From Oscillospiraceae bacterium (GTDB lineage Bacteria; Bacillota; Clostridia; Oscillospirales; CAG-272): a stretch of 50,754 nt of DNA. The stretch covers positions 1 to 50,754 of the forward strand of contig SVSQ01000003.1 of NCBI GenBank assembly GCA_015064245.1, written 5' to 3'. The first letter of the stretch is position 1. The number at the start of each line of letters is the position of its first letter. Shown in pieces: positions 46,067 to 50,754 of this stretch. The notes below the pieces were generated by a model that was not told where the DNA came from, searched no databases, and saw only the letters and a list, made by a program, of their open reading frames with translations. The position numbers and the translations under genes were made by a program.

Positions 46067-47305
46067 ATGAAAAGACCTGAAATACTCGCCCCTGCGGGCA
46101 ACATGGAAAAACTGAAAAGCGCCGTTGCGTTCGGAGCGGACGCGGTCTATATGGCGGGGAACAGCTTTGGAATGCGTTCCGCCGCCGACAATTTCACTTA
46201 CGACGAGATATTCGAGGCAGTTGAATACTGCCACGCCCGAGGCGTTAAGATATACATAACCGTAAATACGATGCCGCGAAGCGAGGAGTACGAGCGTCTC
46301 CGCGCCCACATTCTGAAGCTGGGCGAGGCGAAGGTGGACGCGCTGATAATCTCCGACCTTGGTGTTTTCATGCTTGCCAAGGAGCTGCTTCCCAAGATGA
46401 CTCTGCACGTTTCCACTCAGGCGAGCGTCGTCAGCGCCCGCACTTGTATTGAATGGCATAAGCTTGGGGCAAGCCGTATAATCCTCGCCCGCGAGCTTTC
46501 ACTTGAGGAGATAAAGCGTATCAGAGCGGAGATACCGGAGGAGCTTGAGATAGAGGCTTTCGTTCACGGCTCGATGTGCGTCGCGTACAGCGGACGCTGT
46601 CTGCTCTCCAACTATCTTACGGGACGGGACGCAAACCGCGGCGCTTGCGCTCAGCCCTGCCGCTGGGACTACAAGATATTCACCGCGGACATCGAGGAGG
46701 TCAAGCGCAAGGACGAGCGCCTGAACATCATCGAGGAGAACGGAGAGAGCTTCACCTTCAGCTCGCGGGATCTGTGTATGATCGAGCATATTCCTGAGCT
46801 TTGCGAGTCGGGGCTGTCCTGCCTCAAGATAGAGGGAAGGATGAAGAGCTCCTGCTACGCCGCTACCGTTACCAATACCTATAAAATGGCGATCGACCGT
46901 TATTTTGAGTCGCCTGAGGATTATGCTTACGATCCGGTCTGGATGAAGGAGCTTGAGAGCGTCAGCCACCGCGAGTACTGTACGGGCTTTTTCTTCGGCG
47001 ATCCAATGGACAACGCCAATATCTGTAAAACTCCCGGTTACATCCGCGAGCAGGCGGCGCTGGGCGTTGCCTACGGCTACGACGCCGAGACGGGCAGGGC
47101 GTACTTTACCCAGAAGAACAAATTCTCCGTAGGCGAGGAGCTCGAGCTTCTCGTACCGGGAAGAACGGCTGTATCCTTTACCGTCGGCAGGATCTGGGAC
47201 GAAAACGGCTCGGAGATCGACTCCGTTCCCCATCCTATGATGAGGTTCGCCATCGAGGTACCGTTCCCCGTTCCTGAGTACGCGCTTATAAGATACGCGC
47301 CGTAA
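46067..47305 (+). CDS. Peptidase U32 family (TrhP-like tRNA hydroxylation protein)
   Basis: PEILAPAG, HVSTQA, ARELS, HGSMCVAYSGRCLLS, NRGACAQPCR, LKIEGR. Confidence 0.93.
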   Translation: MKRPEILAPAGNMEKLKSAVAFGADAVYMAGNSFGMRSAADNFTYDEIFEAVEYCHARGVKIYITVNTMPRSEEYERLRAHILKLGEAKVDALIISDLGVFMLAKELLPKMTLHVSTQASVVSARTCIEWHKLGASRIILARELSLEEIKRIRAEIPEELEIEAFVHGSMCVAYSGRCLLSNYLTGRDANRGACAQPCRWDYKIFTADIEEVKRKDERLNIIEENGESFTFSSRDLCMIEHIPELCESGLSCLKIEGRMKSSCYAATVTNTYKMAIDRYFESPEDYAYDPVWMKELESVSHREYCTGFFFGDPMDNANICKTPGYIREQAALGVAYGYDAETGRAYFTQKNKFSVGEELELLVPGRTAVSFTVGRIWDENGSEIDSVPHPMMRFAIEVPFPVPEYALIRYAP

Positions 47306-47381
47306 ATCGTGGCTCAGATATGCCCTTTGGGCATACCGCTCCAAAACGCTACTTCGGTGTAAGAAAGGTATGGTCATAAAA

Positions 47382-48758
47382 ATGGCTCGGAAAACTAAAA
47401 AACGGCTGTATAACGCTATAATCATCGGATTTTTTGTAATATGCGCTGTGTTTATATTTTTGTTATCGTTCGCGTACGATTCGCTGAAGCCAATAGTTTA
47501 CGGCTGCGTTATAGCCTACATATTCAAGCCCCTTTGCAACAGGTTCAACGGGATATATTTTTCCCTTTTGCGTAAGAAGTGGGAAGAGGAGAAGAGCAGA
47601 AGGTACGCTCACGTTTTAAGCATCGTGTCGACCTACGTAGTCTGGGGAATAGTTCTGTACGTTTTCGTTTCAATAATCGTACCGCAGTTCGTTCAGAGTC
47701 TTCTGAAGATCGCCAACGACATTCCGGGCATCATCGACAAGCTGATAGCCTTCGTGAACACTATGCTCAGCGAGAACGGTATGCTTTCGGGTTACGCGGA
47801 GTACATACTCGAGGAGCTGGATAAGCAGTGGGCGAGCATCTCGTCAAGCGTTATAAATATGCTGAAAAATCTTGCCGCGGGAATGATAACGGGAATAATC
47901 GGAACGGTGACCTTCGTTTTCAATTTTTTCGTCGGAATAATAGTTTCTGTCTATCTGCTCTCAGGCAGAAAAAAGCTTGGAGCGCAGGCAAAGCTGCTTG
48001 TGAGAAGCGTTTTTGACCGCAGCCTTTCGGACCAGATAATTGAGGAGGTCGTCTTTGCGGACAAGATGTTTTCAAAATACTTTGCGGGAAGCATAATTGA
48101 CAGCTCCATCGTAGGACTGGTGTGCTACGCGGGAACGCTGATATGCGGTATCCCGTACGGTATGCTCGTCGCCGTGATCGTCGGTATCACGAATATAATT
48201 CCGTTCTTCGGTCCGTACATAGGTATGATACCGTCGGCGGTGATAATATTTACGGTCTCGCCCGTCAAGGCGCTGATATTCGTCGTAATGATGATAGTGC
48301 TCCAGCAGATAGACGGAAACATTCTCGCGCCGCACATAATCGGAGCGAATACGGGGCTTTCAAGCTTCTGGGTGCTGTTCGCCATATTGCTTTTCGGCGG
48401 ACTTTTCGGATTTGTGGGTATGATAATCGGAGTTCCCGTTTTCGCCTGCATTTACGATATTCTGGGCAAGCTGATGCGCTTCTGCCTTAAAAAGCGCGGC
48501 GAGGACGAGGCTATAACGAATTACGAAAAGGAATTTCTGACAGAGGTCGAAACGAAAGAGCTGAAGGACCGCAAATACATAGTTCATAAGGTGAAGAAGC
48601 TGTTCAACCGCGAAGGTCAGGTGATCTCGGAGGAGGAGGTATTTTACGATCCTGCCGATACCGAGGCGGAAGCCGTGACTGAAAGCGCGGAGGAGACACC
48701 CCCCGAGCCCGAAAGCAAGGCGGTCAAGGAAAAGAAGAGTAAAAAGCAGCAGGCTTGA
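47382..48758 (+). CDS. AI-2E family transporter
   Basis: IAYIFKP, ITNIIPFFGP, QQIDGNILAPHIIG, GGLFGFVGMIIGVP. Confidence 0.93.
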   Translation: MARKTKKRLYNAIIIGFFVICAVFIFLLSFAYDSLKPIVYGCVIAYIFKPLCNRFNGIYFSLLRKKWEEEKSRRYAHVLSIVSTYVVWGIVLYVFVSIIVPQFVQSLLKIANDIPGIIDKLIAFVNTMLSENGMLSGYAEYILEELDKQWASISSSVINMLKNLAAGMITGIIGTVTFVFNFFVGIIVSVYLLSGRKKLGAQAKLLVRSVFDRSLSDQIIEEVVFADKMFSKYFAGSIIDSSIVGLVCYAGTLICGIPYGMLVAVIVGITNIIPFFGPYIGMIPSAVIIFTVSPVKALIFVVMMIVLQQIDGNILAPHIIGANTGLSSFWVLFAILLFGGLFGFVGMIIGVPVFACIYDILGKLMRFCLKKRGEDEAITNYEKEFLTEVETKELKDRKYIVHKVKKLFNREGQVISEEEVFYDPADTEAEAVTESAEETPPEPESKAVKEKKSKKQQA

Positions 48759-48806
48759 GATCAAGCCGTAAATTTGAGCTTTTTAAAAAGAAGGGATAGT
48801 CATACT

Positions 48807-50063
48807 ATGGATAACAATATATACGAATACGTTAAGGAGCTGTGCGTCAGAGCAAAATCCGCAAGCTGTGATCTTGCCGTCCAGACGTCGGCTGAGAAGA
48901 ACAAAGCTCTTGCGGCGATCGCAAGTAAGCTCCGCGAGAACGTTTCTCTGATACTCGCGGAAAACGAAAAGGACCTTTCCTGCGCCGAGGCGAACGGCGT
49001 ACCGAAGACTATGATGGACCGTCTGCGCCTTACGGAGCAGAGGATAATCGGTATGGCGGACGCGGTAATGGAGGTGGCGGCGCTTGCCGATCCTATCGGA
49101 GAGGGAACGGTCAGCACTCGTCCCAACGGTCTGAAAATAACCTGTCAGAGAGTACCGATCGGTGTTGTGGGCATCATATACGAGGCGCGTCCAAATGTCA
49201 CCGTGGACGCGGCGGCGCTCTGCATCAAGAGCGGAAACGCCGTTGTGCTTCGCGGCGGTAAGGAAGCCATAAACACGAACCGTATTCTCGTTAAGCTGAT
49301 GCGTGAGGTCTTTGAGGAGTCCTTTATTTCAAGCGACGCCGTTGCGCTTATCGACGACGTTACCCGAGAGGGTACGAACGCGCTTATGAGTATGCGCGGC
49401 TTGGTGGACGTTCTTATCCCCCGCGGCGGAAAGGGACTTATCAAAGCGGTGGTGGAGAACGCCAAGGTTCCCGTTATCGAGACGGGCGCGGGAAACTGCC
49501 ACGTTTACATTGACGAGCGCGCAGATATGTTCAAGGCGCTGAGAGTCGCCGTAAACGCCAAGGTCTCCCGTCCTTCCGTTTGCAACGCGGCTGAGACGCT
49601 TTTGGTTCACCGCGCGGTGGCGGAAGAGTTCCTGCCTAAGTTTTACGACGAGACTCGGGACGTCGCTCTTGAGATACGCGGCTGTGAGCGGACTTGCTCC
49701 ATTCTCCCCCAAGCCTTGCCCGCTACCGAGGAGGATTATGATACCGAGTACAACGATTACATTATTTCCGTGAAGGTGGTAGACGACGTCCACGACGCCG
49801 TTACCCACATCAGAAAGTACACCACAGGTCACAGCGAGGCGATCGTTACCGAGGACTATACCTCTGCCCGATATTTTACTACTCTTATCGACGCCGCCGC
49901 TGTTTACGTCAACGCCTCTACCCGTTTCACCGACGGCGGAGAGTTTGGCTTTGGCGCTGAGATCGGCATCTCCACTCAGAAGCTTCACGCCCGCGGTCCT
50001 ATGGGCCTTTCTCATCTCACTACCGTCAAATACATCGTCGAAGGTAACGGTCAGGTTAGATAA
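48807..50063 (+). CDS. proA: Glutamate-5-semialdehyde dehydrogenase
   Basis: PIGVVGIIYEARPNVT, IPRGG, CNAAETLL, NASTRFTDGGEFGFGAEIGISTQKLHARGPMG. Confidence 0.98.
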   Translation: MDNNIYEYVKELCVRAKSASCDLAVQTSAEKNKALAAIASKLRENVSLILAENEKDLSCAEANGVPKTMMDRLRLTEQRIIGMADAVMEVAALADPIGEGTVSTRPNGLKITCQRVPIGVVGIIYEARPNVTVDAAALCIKSGNAVVLRGGKEAINTNRILVKLMREVFEESFISSDAVALIDDVTREGTNALMSMRGLVDVLIPRGGKGLIKAVVENAKVPVIETGAGNCHVYIDERADMFKALRVAVNAKVSRPSVCNAAETLLVHRAVAEEFLPKFYDETRDVALEIRGCERTCSILPQALPATEEDYDTEYNDYIISVKVVDDVHDAVTHIRKYTTGHSEAIVTEDYTSARYFTTLIDAAAVYVNASTRFTDGGEFGFGAEIGISTQKLHARGPMGLSHLTTVKYIVEGNGQVR

Positions 50064-50255
50064 GGGAATACGGTCGCTTTTAGAAAGAAAGCCTTGTATG
50101 CCTTCGGCAAACCCGCAAAACTTTTTTCTACGCCGACACACAAGGCATCGGCGTAGAAAAAATTATTGGGTGTTTCCTTCGGAAAGAGTCCGTGGTTCCC
50201 ATTTCAAAGAGAGCATACATCATCTAACCCACAAACGAAAAAAACTCCTACAAAA
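50062..50255 (+). repeat. Module G repeat immediately after proA stop
   Basis: Hairpin 50122-50162; tttccttcggaaa; catcatctaacccacaaac. Confidence 0.9.
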
Positions 50256-50258
50256 TTG

Positions 50259-50386
50259 GTAGGGGACGGCGCCTCGACGTCCCGCAAAATCTACACAAAA
50301 TATCCCTGTGATATTGTAGGGGCGACCATTGGTCGACCGCAAAATCTACGCGAATAAAAACGGGGCGTCGAGGCGCCGCCCCCTAC
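50259..50386. repeat. REPIN-like cluster of three GTAG REPs
   Basis: Inverted pair 50259-50284 / 50361-50386 with an internal REP at 50316-50344. Confidence 0.85.
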
Positions 50387-50463
50387 GAAATGGTTGAAAA
50401 TTTCCTACAAAATCTATAGGGGTGTTCCCCGTTACCGCTCGTAAAAATTATATATAAATCCAT

Positions 50464-50754
50464 ATGATCAAAATTCTCTATTCCAACAAAAACATAATTA
50501 TCTGCATAAAACCCTGCGGCGTTTTATCCCAAAAAGACGCAAAGGGCGAAGAGGGACTTCCCGAAATACTTTCGGCGCAAACGGGCTGCAAAGCCGTATA
50601 TCCAGTTCACCGTCTTGACCGTCCCGTCGGCGGAGTTATGGTCTACGCCAAGAACTCCAAAACCGCGGCGTTACTTTCCGCCGAGGGCGCTTTTGAAAAG
50701 ACCTACCTTGCCCTTGTCAGCGGTTGCCCCGAGGAGAAAAGCGGTATTCTTTCC
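50464..50754 (+). CDS. RluA-family pseudouridine synthase (partial, runs off window)
   Basis: Translated by hand: MIKILY...IKPCGVLSQ...PVHRLDRPVGGVMVYAK...KTYLALV. Confidence 0.92.
   Translation, partial: MIKILYSNKNIIICIKPCGVLSQKDAKGEEGLPEILSAQTGCKAVYPVHRLDRPVGGVMVYAKNSKTAALLSAEGAFEKTYLALVSGCPEEKSGILS

Overview
About 51 kb of chromosome from what looks like an anaerobic Clostridia-type Firmicute (inferred from sigma-A promoters, DnaE, DacF, GTP-dependent PEPCK and an L10 leader). Most of it is housekeeping genes: zapA, proB, mrp, feoAB, rplJL, pckG, rsmA, hit, dacF, secA, dnaE, ftsK, a DJ-1 protein, 5-FTHF cyclo-ligase, mltG, a U32 protein, an AI-2E transporter, proA, a partial RluA gene and three tRNAs. 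Accessory genes include carbohydrate esterases/hydrolases and a SipW-type signal peptidase flanked by two candidate substrates. The unusual signal is intergenic. (1) Many intergenic gaps carry a mosaic repeat built from shuffled modules whose stems covary between copies. One module, present 8 times, is a pyrimidine mirror repeat followed by a complementary purine tract; all three tracts change together between copies, as expected for an intrastrand triple helix. (2) Directly downstream of tRNA-Tyr, two related units (terminator, TGATG/CATCA hairpin ladder, sigma-A promoter) bracket an AT-rich four-helix-bundle plus nucleotidyltransferase pair, resembling a tRNA-anchored cassette array. No transposase, integrase, reverse transcriptase or Cas gene is visible. 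All calls come from reading motifs by eye, with no database searches; several starts were moved from the ORF track to RBS-supported codons.
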